A stretch of 12,249 bases of DNA from Myxococcota bacterium. GTDB lineage: Bacteria; Myxococcota_A; UBA9160; SZUA-336. Below, in pieces: positions 1 to 7,094 of this stretch. Numbering within the stretch: position 1 is the stretch's first letter; each line of letters starts with the position of its first letter. The stretch is from assembly GCA_046757685.1 (NCBI GenBank), contig JBHHYV010000105.1, positions 1-12,249 on the forward strand. The letters run 5' to 3'. The translations under genes and the position numbers were made by a program. Under the pieces are notes generated by a model, which was given only the letters and a program-made list of their open reading frames with translations, was not told the origin of the DNA and ran no database searches.

Positions 1-879
1 GAGCTTCCCGCGGTGATCAGCCGGCGCTTCACCAAGTCGCGCCTGTGGGACATCTGCCGCAAGCATGGCTGCACGACCTTCTCGCTCTTGGGGGGGATGG
101 CGACGGCCATCTACAGCGAGCCCCGCAAGCCCGACGATGCCGACAACCCCGTGCGCGTGGTGACCAGTGCGGGAATGCCGCGCGCCATCTGGGAGTCGTT
201 CGAGGAACGCTGGAACGTGAAGATCCTGGAGTGGTACGGCGCGGTCGAAGGCGGTCTGGCCTTCAAGCCGATCGGCCAGGGGCCGGTGGGCTCCTTTGGC
301 AAGCCCGGTCCCGGCCTCGAGATGAAGATCCTCGACGAGAACGACCGCGAGTGCCCCCCGGGCGTGCCCGGCGAGATCTGCTCTCGACCGGCCAGCGGCG
401 AGCCGGCCCGGGTCGAGTACCACGGCAACCCCGACGCCTCGAGCCGCAAGACGCGGGGCGGCTGGCTTCGCAGCGGCGACATCGGCCACACCGACGAGGA
501 GGGCTGGCTCTTCTTCGACTACCGCAAGGGCGGGGGCATCCGTCACAACGGCGACTTCGTGAACCCAGGCTTCGTCGAGAAGGTGATCGCCGAGCACCCG
601 GCCGTGTCCGACGTGTTCGTCTACGGCGTTCCCGCCGCCTCGGGCGCCCCGGGAGAGAGCGACGTGGTGGCCGCCATCGTGGCGCAGCCCGGTGCCGAGC
701 TGGATCCGGACTCGGTCTTCCAGGTGTGCCGGCGCGGCCTCGAGGGAAACTTCGTTCCGTCGTACCTGCAGGTGGTCCCCGAAATCCCCAAGACGGCGTC
801 CGAGAAGCCCCAGGAGCGCTTCCTCCGGGAGCGCTTTGCGCCCGACGCCGAGGGTGTGTTCACGCGCAAGGGAGCGTAG
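1..879 (+). CDS. AMP-dependent synthetase/ligase (acyl-CoA synthetase family), C-terminal fragment; 5' end lies outside the window
   Basis: The reading frame is open from nt 1 (the listed ORF 13..879 is only the internal GTG) and ends at TAG 877..879. The translation has the C-terminal subdomain signatures of adenylate-forming enzymes: 'GWLRSGDIG' (the TGD hinge), 'GWLFFDYRKGGGIRHNGDFVNPGFVEKVI' (the R-x-K/D box), and a terminal 'KTASEKPQ' catalytic-Lys region. GC3 is very high. Confidence 0.8.
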   Translation, partial: ELPAVISRRFTKSRLWDICRKHGCTTFSLLGGMATAIYSEPRKPDDADNPVRVVTSAGMPRAIWESFEERWNVKILEWYGAVEGGLAFKPIGQGPVGSFGKPGPGLEMKILDENDRECPPGVPGEICSRPASGEPARVEYHGNPDASSRKTRGGWLRSGDIGHTDEEGWLFFDYRKGGGIRHNGDFVNPGFVEKVIAEHPAVSDVFVYGVPAASGAPGESDVVAAIVAQPGAELDPDSVFQVCRRGLEGNFVPSYLQVVPEIPKTASEKPQERFLRERFAPDAEGVFTRKGA

Positions 880-889
880 GTCTGGGATC

Positions 890-2017
890 TCATCCCTCCC
901 CGCCCGTACGCGGATCCAGCGCTTCGCCCTTGCTCGGTGTCGCGGTCGGCGAAGCACCCTCGCTCCTCGCCAGCGCGGCCACTCCGCTGAGGGCGCCGAG
1001 CCCCATCGTGTCGAGGGCCGAGCTCGGTACGAGGATCATCGATCCCTGCTGGCGGATGCCCTCGTAGACCATGTTCATGGCGCGCAGGTGAAGGGCGTTC
1101 GGCTCGTCGCGGTACTGCCGCGCCGCCGCGACGAACTTCTCGGCCACCTCGCTCTCGGCGTTCGAGAGGATGACGCGAGCCTGGCCCTCGCGCTCGGCCT
1201 GGGCGCGCTTCGACATCGCCTGCTCGAGGCCCTCGGGAATCACCACGTCGGTGATCTCGATCGACTGGATGGTGACTCCCCAGGGGCTCGTCTTCTCGTC
1301 GAGCACCCGGCGGATCTCGTCTCCGAGCGTGTGGCGGTCGCCCAGCAGCTCGGAGAGCGAGTGCTTTCCGACCGCATCCCGGAGCGCGGTCCCCGCGGAC
1401 AGGATGACAGCCTCGGCGTAGCGCTCCACCTCCAGCACCGCCTTCTCCGCGTTCCACACCAGCCAGAAGCAGATCGCGTCGACGTAGACGGGAACCGTAT
1501 CGCGCGTCAGGATCCGCTCCGCGCGGAAGTCGGTCGCGCGCACGCGCTGGTCGATCACGCTCTCGATGCGGTCGACGAAGGGGGCCATGATGAAGAGCCC
1601 CGGACCGCGCAGTCCTGCAAAGTGCCCCATGCGCAGGAGCGGCGCCTTCTCCCAGTGGCTCACGACCTGCACCATGGCGGCCGCTACCGTCGAGAGTCCG
1701 ATCCCGGCGACGAGGACCCACGCCCCGTAGGCCGGGAACAGGAGGGCCAGCGCGATCGCAAAGATCAGCGGTCCGGCGAGCACATGATCCCAGCGGCGCC
1801 CGAGGAGCAGCATCATCAGCAGCAGGACGACTCCGATGCCCGTCGCGATCGCGACGTCGCGTGGGAGCTCCCCGACCTGGTGGGCGAGGGCGGCGCTCGC
1901 CCCCGTGCCCGCGAGCAGCACGAAGGAGTTGATCGGCCCCCACCGGAAGTGCGACCGGAAGAGCGGAAGCTCGAGGAGCCTTCGAAGGGTCTCTCTCCAG
2001 TCAATCCGTCGTGCCAT
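890..2017 (-). CDS. SPFH/band-7 (stomatin/HflC-like) membrane protein with an extended multi-TM N-terminus
   Basis: ATG at 2017..2015 is preceded on the minus strand by AAGGAGGAG with a 7-nt spacer. Residues ~125-330 have the canonical SPFH core: 'GLRGPGLFIMAPFVDRI...TRDTVPVYVDAICFWLVWNAEKAV...GVTIQSIEITDVVIPEGLEQAMSKRAQAEREGQARVILSNAESE'. The N-terminal ~120 aa contain 3-4 predicted hydrophobic helices. The C-terminus has an Ala/Pro/Gly-rich tail. Stop TGA is at 890..892. Confidence 0.85.
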   Translation of the reverse strand: MARRIDWRETLRRLLELPLFRSHFRWGPINSFVLLAGTGASAALAHQVGELPRDVAIATGIGVVLLLMMLLLGRRWDHVLAGPLIFAIALALLFPAYGAWVLVAGIGLSTVAAAMVQVVSHWEKAPLLRMGHFAGLRGPGLFIMAPFVDRIESVIDQRVRATDFRAERILTRDTVPVYVDAICFWLVWNAEKAVLEVERYAEAVILSAGTALRDAVGKHSLSELLGDRHTLGDEIRRVLDEKTSPWGVTIQSIEITDVVIPEGLEQAMSKRAQAEREGQARVILSNAESEVAEKFVAAARQYRDEPNALHLRAMNMVYEGIRQQGSMILVPSSALDTMGLGALSGVAALARSEGASPTATPSKGEALDPRTGGEG

Positions 2018-2402
2018 CTCGATTCTCCTCCTTGAGCGCTCGGAGCGCCTCGATCACCTCGTCGAGATCCAGACCCTGGGCGGCGGCGCGCACGACGAGA
2101 TCCCGGCACAGGCTCTCAAGCGCCTGCTTCTTCTCTCTCGCTGAGATCTCGACCTCGACGTCGCTGATGAAGGTCCCGGTCCCCTGCTGCGTCTCGAGGT
2201 TGCCACGGATCTCCAGCTCCTTGTACGCCTTGATGATCGTATTCGGATTGACGGAGAGGTCCACGGCGAGCTGACGGACCGTCGGCAGCTGCGTGCCCGG
2301 CGCCACGTCTCCGCGGGCGATCGCGTAGAGGATCTGCGAGATGATCTGTCGGTAGATGGGGATCCCGGAGTGGTGGTCCAGGTGAATGCGCAGATCCGAC
2401 AT
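2001..2402 (-). CDS. GntR-family transcriptional regulator, short YtrA-like type (winged HTH only, no effector domain), 133 aa
   Basis: Start ATG at 2402..2400 (cat on + at 2400..2402), preceded by GAGGAGG. The protein 'MSDLRIHLDHHSGIPIYRQIISQILYAIARGDVAPGTQLPTVRQLAVDLSVNPNTIIKAYKELEIRGNLETQQGTGTFIS...' is a textbook GntR N-terminal wHTH followed by a short helical tail. The listed ORF 2001..3314 is a 5' run-on into the permease region. The last 17 nt overlap the SPFH start. Confidence 0.85.
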   Translation of the reverse strand: MSDLRIHLDHHSGIPIYRQIISQILYAIARGDVAPGTQLPTVRQLAVDLSVNPNTIIKAYKELEIRGNLETQQGTGTFISDVEVEISAREKKQALESLCRDLVVRAAAQGLDLDEVIEALRALKEENRDGTTD

Positions 2403-2470
2403 CGCGACCCGTCGCCTCCTCAGGTGCGCCGCTGGGCTTGCATGGGGTGTGACCTCCGATCTTCCGATGA

Positions 2471-3202
2471 CTAGTGAACCCGCCGGCGCTCGATCCGCCC
2501 GAGCACGTGGATCCCTGCCAGGCACAGTACACCGGCAACGAGCGTGTCGATCCAGGCGGCGTGGGCGGGCCACTGGATGGCGAGGCTCTCGAGCTGCGCC
2601 TCTCCCGCGTAGGCCCGCAGCAGACCCAGGTAGATCCAGTAGTGGGGGCTCCAGACCAGGGTGACCTGCCACGGCACCGGAACGACGAAGGCGAGCGCCG
2701 GGACGACCGACATGGAGCTCACGATCTTCGCCAGCGCCATCCCCTCGACCTTGTTCGAAGCGGCGACCCCGAGAAAGAGCGTGGCCAGCGGGGCCGTGAG
2801 GGACGCGACGGCGGTCAGCGCGACGAGCTCCGGGAGATCCGCCGCCGGCTCGCCGTAGACGGCCGCCGCGGTGAGACCCAGGACGAAGGCGAGCGCGGTG
2901 GTCACCGCCACCAGGTAGACCGAGTGCGCCCTGCGCGAGAAGGGTACGACCCGCATCAGGAGCCAGGTCCGCTGCTCGCGCTCCTCGATCAGCCCGAGGC
3001 CGAAGACCATCGAGGCCAGCGATCCGCCCAGGGTCACGACGAAGGGCGCGACGTAGAGATCCAGGTTCTCGACCGGAATCCGGTCCACCGCGAGCCGGAA
3101 GAGCCACGCGAGCAGCGGTGCGTACGCGCACATGAAGAGCAGGAACCGATCGCGGGCGACCGTACGAAAGTCCTTCCGCAGCAGCGAGATGACTCCACTC
3201 AT
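2471..3202 (-). CDS. ABC-2 type transporter permease (6 TM), 243 aa
   Basis: Start ATG at 3202..3200 overlaps the upstream permease stop (ATGA at 3199..3202). The protein 'MSGVISLLRKDFRTVARDRFLLFMCAYAPLLAWLF...' has six hydrophobic segments typical of ABC-2 permeases. The ORF-table entry 2471..3868 is a frame run-on upstream of the real start. Stop TAG is at 2471..2473. Confidence 0.75.
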   Translation of the reverse strand: MSGVISLLRKDFRTVARDRFLLFMCAYAPLLAWLFRLAVDRIPVENLDLYVAPFVVTLGGSLASMVFGLGLIEEREQRTWLLMRVVPFSRRAHSVYLVAVTTALAFVLGLTAAAVYGEPAADLPELVALTAVASLTAPLATLFLGVAASNKVEGMALAKIVSSMSVVPALAFVVPVPWQVTLVWSPHYWIYLGLLRAYAGEAQLESLAIQWPAHAAWIDTLVAGVLCLAGIHVLGRIERRRVH

Positions 3203-3915
3203 GCCCGCTCGAGCCTCTGGCGCACTCGCTGCTCGAATGCCTGGCGCGCCCACGCGAAGGCGAGGGCTGTGTACACGCACAGCAGCGCCGTGTAGCCCAG
3301 CGCGCGAGCCGCATCCGGGTGCGCCCGCGTCAGGTTCGCGAACGCGAAGAGCGCCGCGTCGGTGGGAACCCAGACGAAGGCCGCGCGTGGAGCGACCTCG
3401 AAGTAGGACGCTAGGGGGAGCGAGAGTAGCCCCACCGCGGGAATCAGCGCGCCGAGCAGAAAGCGGGTGAGCTCCGAGAAGCAGGTCGAGAGGCCCAGCC
3501 CCAGGAAGCCGGACAGAGCCGCCGTGAGAAAGAGCGGAGGGAGGAGACCGATCAGTCTCCCGTCGACGCCGAGGATCCCGGCCCAAACGAGGGCCCCCGC
3601 GAGCGTAGCCACGCCGGCGGAGGCGACGACGAGCGCCAGCACGTGCTCGCCACCGCCCAGCGGCGTCACGGCCAGCGCCGTCACGCTTCCCTCGCTTCGC
3701 TCGAGATAGGCGTGCGCGGCCACGAGTGTCAGCCCCAGCATCCCTGGCTCCGCGACCAGGAAGACCGGAATGAGCCACTCCCCCCAGCCTGCGGGAAGGG
3801 CCAGGCGCAACGCCAGGACCGTCAGTGCCGCGATCGCCAGGTAGACCTGCACGAAGTGAAAGCGCCACTGGAGCAGCCCGAAGAGGCGCAGGGCATTCCA
3901 GGTCCGACGCCTCAA
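3199..3915 (-). CDS. ABC-2 type transporter permease (6 TM), ~238 aa; probable TTG start
   Basis: GC3 of this frame is high from ~3913 downward and collapses to A/T-rich upstream of 3915, where the ATPase frame takes over. There is a TTG at 3915..3913 with a strong SD (GGGGAGGGGG) ~8 nt upstream on the minus strand, and TTGA overlaps the ATPase stop. There are six hydrophobic segments. The 5' 175 nt of ORF 3199..4089 overlap the ATPase and are not coding in this frame. An alternative GTG at 3852 would remove the amphipathic N-terminus. Confidence 0.65.
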   Translation of the reverse strand: MRRRTWNALRLFGLLQWRFHFVQVYLAIAALTVLALRLALPAGWGEWLIPVFLVAEPGMLGLTLVAAHAYLERSEGSVTALAVTPLGGGEHVLALVVASAGVATLAGALVWAGILGVDGRLIGLLPPLFLTAALSGFLGLGLSTCFSELTRFLLGALIPAVGLLSLPLASYFEVAPRAAFVWVPTDAALFAFANLTRAHPDAARALGYTALLCVYTALAFAWARQAFEQRVRQRLERA

Positions 3916-4820
3916 TGCAGCCCCCTCCCCGTCACCTTGAGGAAGACGTCCTCGAGCGAGGGCTCCAGCGTGTGAATCGTCTCGATGTCGTGGCGCCGCA
4001 GGTACTCGAGGAAGCGGTGCTTCGGCTCCGGGTCGTCGAGCGCGAACTCCCGGCGCTCGATCCCGTTCCCGCGGCGTGCCTCGACGCACACGATCCTCTC
4101 CTGGTGGCGGAGCTTCAATCGCCGGGGTGCGTCGACCTCTGCGATCTCGCCCTGCACGAGGAACGCGACCCGGTCGCAGAGCTCGTCCGCCACCCCCATG
4201 TTGTGCGTCGTCAGGAAGACCGTCGTGCCCGACTCGGCCCGCTCGCGGATCAGCTCGCGAATGCGCACCGCGTGCTCCGGGTCCTGTCCCGCAGTGGGCT
4301 CATCCAGGAACCAGAGGCTCGGCCGATGGATCAGCGACCGGGCCAGGACGAGCCGCATCTTCATTCCCTTCGAGTACTGGGAGACGGTGCGACGATCGCC
4401 GCGGGGAAGATCGAGCCGTTCGAGCACCTCGCCGGGATCGTCGGTCGGTCCGTCGAAGAAGCCCGCGTAGAACTCGAGGTTCTCCTCCGCGGTGAGCTTC
4501 TCGTAGAGGTTCGGGAACTCGAAGCAGACCCCGATCTGGTCGTAGTAGTGCGGTCCGAGCGAGGCGAGGTCGCGCCCGAAGACCCGCACCTCTCCCCGGT
4601 AGCCCGGCAGGATGGCCGTGAGCAGCATCTGGGTGGTCGTCTTGCCCGAGCCGTTCGGACCCAGGAAGCCGAAGATCTCGCCCCTGGTGATCTCGAAGTC
4701 GAGCCCGCGCAGCACCGCACTCGGAGAGCCCGGGTAGCTGTAGTGCAGGTCGCGCACGGCGAGCACTGGCTCGGGACCCGGATCGGTACCGACGATCGAG
4801 GCGGCTCGGCAGAGCGACAT
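3912..4820 (-). CDS. ABC transporter ATP-binding protein (ABC-2 subfamily NBD with C-terminal extension)
   Basis: Walker A 'GPNGSGKTT', signature 'YSKGMKMRL', Walker B 'LWFLDEPTAGQD', H-loop 'TTHNM'. Starts are the tandem GTG (4823) and ATG (4820), and I chose the ATG. Stop TGA is at 3912..3914. There is a ~70-aa C-terminal domain after the NBD. Confidence 0.9.
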   Translation of the reverse strand: MSLCRAASIVGTDPGPEPVLAVRDLHYSYPGSPSAVLRGLDFEITRGEIFGFLGPNGSGKTTTQMLLTAILPGYRGEVRVFGRDLASLGPHYYDQIGVCFEFPNLYEKLTAEENLEFYAGFFDGPTDDPGEVLERLDLPRGDRRTVSQYSKGMKMRLVLARSLIHRPSLWFLDEPTAGQDPEHAVRIRELIRERAESGTTVFLTTHNMGVADELCDRVAFLVQGEIAEVDAPRRLKLRHQERIVCVEARRGNGIERREFALDDPEPKHRFLEYLRRHDIETIHTLEPSLEDVFLKVTGRGLH

Positions 4821-4870
4821 CACGGCTTCGGGCCCTTCATCTCGGAGCTCCCAGCATCTGGTTTCACCAA

Positions 4871-4909
4871 TATACTAGATAAATAGTACAATAGGGCACA
4901 GGGGGTCAA
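4871..4909 (-). promoter_or_regulatory. Putative sigma70-type promoter of the ABC-2/GntR/SPFH operon, with an overlapping 20-bp palindromic operator candidate
   Basis: On the minus strand there is TTGACC (rc of + 4904..4909). The -10 is either TACTAT (rc of + 4883..4888, spacer 15) or TATTTA (rc of + 4880..4885, spacer 18). The inverted repeat T[A]TACTA-gataaa-TAGTACA at 4871..4890 (7-bp arms, 1 mismatch) overlaps the -10. The region is strikingly AT-rich in a 70% GC context. Confidence 0.3.
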
Positions 4910-4964
4910 GCGATCCTGGCGCGCCGCGCTCGGGAGCTCAGGAGGCGAGACAGCCCTAGAGAAC

Positions 4965-5024
4965 ATGAATACGTTCATTTTTCCTTGACGAGGCACCCAG
5001 TCGGACTAAAATTGAATTGATTCA
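4965..5024 (+). promoter_or_regulatory. Putative TetR-gene promoter (TTGACG-N16-TAAAAT) flanked by two related palindromic operator candidates
   Basis: -35 TTGACG at 4985..4990 and -10 TAAAAT at 5007..5012. Site 1 is ATGAA-tacg-TTCAT at 4965..4978, just upstream of the -35. Site 2 is TGAAT-tg-ATTCA at 5013..5024, over the predicted TSS. Both are followed by the identical 'TTCATTTTT'. The RBS GGGAG is at 5032..5036, 6 nt before GTG 5043. Confidence 0.45.
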
Positions 5025-5042
5025 TTTTTGTGGGAGCCACAC

Positions 5043-5705
5043 GTGTCAGGCCGACGCGAGCAGCAGAAGCGGGATCGCGAGCAGAGGATCGTCGGCGCGG
5101 CGGCCCAGCTCTTCGGCACGAAGGGGTACGCAGAGACCTCCATGGAGGACGTCGCGGCGGGCGCCCGGCTGGCGGTCGGGACGCTCTACAACTACTTCCG
5201 CTCCAAGTCGGAGGTGCTGCTGGCCATCCTGCGCCGCGAGACGGAGGACCTCCTCGCAGCGGGCCAACGAGTGGTCGACGATCCCCCCCGGGACCCGACG
5301 GACGCGATCGCAGCGCTGATCGAGGCGTACCTGGGCGCCTTCGCCGACTACGATCGGAGGCTCTGGCGCGACCTGCTCGCGGCCGCGATCGCGGATCCCT
5401 CCACCCTCGGTCGGGCGGCCTTCCAGGCGGACCTGCGGCTGATCGCGCAGCTCACCGCGCTGCTCGACGAGCTGCGGGCGCTGGGGCGGCTGGGCACGCA
5501 CGTAGAGCCGGGCCACACGGCGATCACCCTCTACAGCATCTACTTCACCTGGCTCGCGCTCTTCTTGGTCGATGACGGCGTGGCAATCGAGAGATTGCGC
5601 GCCGAGGTCCGCCGGGGCATCGGGATCGCGGTGCGCGGTCTCCTGCCGCGAAGCGAGCAGGGCGCAGCCCGCTCCGCCCGGGAGGATCGGCCCGATCCCC
5701 CCTGA
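5043..5705 (+). CDS. TetR/AcrR-family transcriptional regulator
   Basis: N-terminal HTH 'RIVGAAAQLFGTKGYAETSMEDVAAGARLAVGTLYNYFRSKSEVLLAIL' (TetR_N signature) followed by a helical ligand-binding domain. GTG 5043 has a good SD, and TTG 5028 (the ORF-table start) is the alternative. Stop TGA is at 5703..5705. Confidence 0.85.
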   Translation: MSGRREQQKRDREQRIVGAAAQLFGTKGYAETSMEDVAAGARLAVGTLYNYFRSKSEVLLAILRRETEDLLAAGQRVVDDPPRDPTDAIAALIEAYLGAFADYDRRLWRDLLAAAIADPSTLGRAAFQADLRLIAQLTALLDELRALGRLGTHVEPGHTAITLYSIYFTWLALFLVDDGVAIERLRAEVRRGIGIAVRGLLPRSEQGAARSAREDRPDPP

Positions 5706-5750
5706 TCACCCGAAGTTGTGGCGTCCGACGTCGCAGAAAGGAGAACAGTC

Positions 5751-6023
5751 ATGAGCTTGAACGCGAGAGCCTTCGCACTCACCTGCGGCCTGGTGTGGGG
5801 CGCGGGCCTCTTCCTCCTGACGTGGTGGATCATCGCCTTCGACGGCGCCACCGGAGACGTGACGTGGATCGGACAGATCTACCGCGGGTACGAGGTGAGC
5901 CCCCTCGGCAGCCTCGTGGGGCTGGCCTGGGCGTTCCCAGACGGCCTGATCTCCGGGGCGATCTTCGCGTGGGCGTACAACTCGCTCGCCGGAGCCTCTG
6001 CTCCCGGACAGCGACCCGCCTGA
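5751..6023 (+). CDS. Small two-TM membrane protein (90 aa), family not confidently assigned (holin-like/DUF-type)
   Basis: ATG 5751 is preceded by a perfect SD AAAGGAG (7-nt spacer). This is a better start than the ORF-table 5718. It lies 46 nt after the TetR stop, so it is probably co-transcribed. Two hydrophobic helices ('AFALTCGLVWGAGLFLLTWWIIAF', 'SLVGLAWAFPDGLISGAIFAWAY') are separated by a Gly/aromatic loop. GC3 is high. Confidence 0.6.
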   Translation: MSLNARAFALTCGLVWGAGLFLLTWWIIAFDGATGDVTWIGQIYRGYEVSPLGSLVGLAWAFPDGLISGAIFAWAYNSLAGASAPGQRPA

Positions 6024-6069
6024 CACCGGAGAAGGCTGGCGGCAGCTTCAGGCGCCGACTCCCGCGCGC

Positions 6070-6876
6070 CTACGGATGGCGGCGGACGAAGTCTCCGACC
6101 CACTCGTTGAAGCGCAGCGGGTCCTCGAAGTAGCTGGAGTGGCCGACGCCGGGGAACTCGCGCAGCTCGGCGCCGGGAATGCTCTGCGCTACCTCGCGCA
6201 GGACCTTGGGCCCAAAGAGCGGGTCGTGCTCGCCCGCGACCACGAGCGTGGGCACTGAGAAGCCCTCCAGATCCTGCGGGTCGAGACGCACCTTCGGATC
6301 GAAGAGGCGCGCCAGGGCGGCCGGCGGCAGCCCCGGATTGAGCGCGCTGATCTGGTCGTAGAGATGGGCACGGGCCGGCTCACGCACGGCAAAGTCCGGC
6401 GCCAGGGCCGCGTTGCCGCGAACCCCCTCGCGCTCGATCCGCGCGGCGATCTGGGCGGCAGCCTCGGCGACTGCCGCGGTGAACAGGCCTCCGGGCGTGC
6501 CGCAGAGCACCAGGCACGCCACGCGCTCGGGATGTCGCAGGGCAGTAGGGAGCCCGGTCCAGCCTCCCATCGACTGGCAGACGAGGGCTGCACGTTCGAT
6601 CTGCTCGGCATCGAGGATGGCCAGGAGATCTCCGGGAAAGTGCTCGGGCGAGAACGCCGGCTCCGGACACTGCGAGCGCCCGAAGCCGCGATGATCGAAG
6701 GCGATCACCCGATGCACCTTCGCAAAGTGAGGCACCTGCTGGTACCAGATGACTCGATTGCCGCCCGCTCCATGCGCCAGCACCAGTGCGGGTCCCTCTC
6801 CGGCGATCTCGTAGTAGATCGAAGCCTGGCCCGATCGGACCCGCCCCGCACGCGGCGCCGTCACGGAGCCACCCAT
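6070..6876 (-). CDS. Alpha/beta-fold hydrolase (esterase/lactonase-like), ~268 aa
   Basis: Nucleophile elbow 'CQSMGGW' (G-x-S-x-G), acid 'GEHD', His 'GVGHSSYFE', and an N-terminal 'LVLAHGAGGN...FDHRGFGRS' oxyanion/HG region. The internal ATG at 6876..6874 was chosen because GC3 of the upstream extension (6877..6984) falls to ~69%, versus >85% inside the gene. ORF-table start 6984 is the alternative. Confidence 0.8.
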   Translation of the reverse strand: MGGSVTAPRAGRVRSGQASIYYEIAGEGPALVLAHGAGGNRVIWYQQVPHFAKVHRVIAFDHRGFGRSQCPEPAFSPEHFPGDLLAILDAEQIERAALVCQSMGGWTGLPTALRHPERVACLVLCGTPGGLFTAAVAEAAAQIAARIEREGVRGNAALAPDFAVREPARAHLYDQISALNPGLPPAALARLFDPKVRLDPQDLEGFSVPTLVVAGEHDPLFGPKVLREVAQSIPGAELREFPGVGHSSYFEDPLRFNEWVGDFVRRHP

Positions 6877-6947
6877 CGTCCGACGCGAACCACGGAGAGC
6901 CTGCACACCATCCGCCGAGCCTACTCCATCGGCCCGGGTGCGAGCCA

Positions 6948-6965
6948 GCTCGCTCAGTGGCGAGC
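6948..6965. promoter_or_regulatory. Perfect inverted repeat GCTCGC-tcagtg-GCGAGC in the divergent hydrolase/P450 intergenic region (operator candidate)
   Basis: 6-bp perfect arms with a 6-nt spacer, read directly from the sequence. It sits 72 bp upstream of the hydrolase ATG and ~130 bp upstream of the P450 ATG. GC-rich palindromes can arise by chance at this GC content. Confidence 0.2.
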
Positions 6966-7094
6966 GCCTCGCGCGCGGGCTCACGCTCGCTTCGCCTTCG
7001 CGGCTCGAGAGCCGCTATCATGGAGCCGGCCCAGGGGACCGGTCGGCCGCAGGAGCCCGGAGGGGGTCCCTTGCATCGAGGGGAGCACGGCGGA

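Noticed and set aside
2403-2470. GGTCACACC-like partial palindrome upstream of the GntR gene as an internal operator or promoter
   Set aside because: It has only 3-bp symmetric arms. The 68-nt gap is more simply an RBS-containing intercistronic spacer within the operon.
2471-3868. 465-aa ORF fusing the 3' permease with sequence that overlaps the upstream permease
   Set aside because: This is a run-on upstream of the true ATG at 3202. The extension is Arg/Gly-rich, overlaps the other permease frame, and has no membrane character. The real gene is 2471..3202.
4824-5042. Possible tRNA or small RNA in the AT-rich intergenic region
   Set aside because: There is no T-loop (GGTTCGAATCC-like) or acceptor-stem complementarity. 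The features are better explained as promoters and operators.
6786-7094. N-terminal extension of the P450 ORF back to 6786 (526 aa), overlapping the hydrolase gene
   Set aside because: There is no stop codon by chance in GC-rich DNA. GC3 is markedly lower than within the P450. The extension is low-complexity (Pro/Ser/Arg), and the canonical P450 length is reached from ATG 7095.
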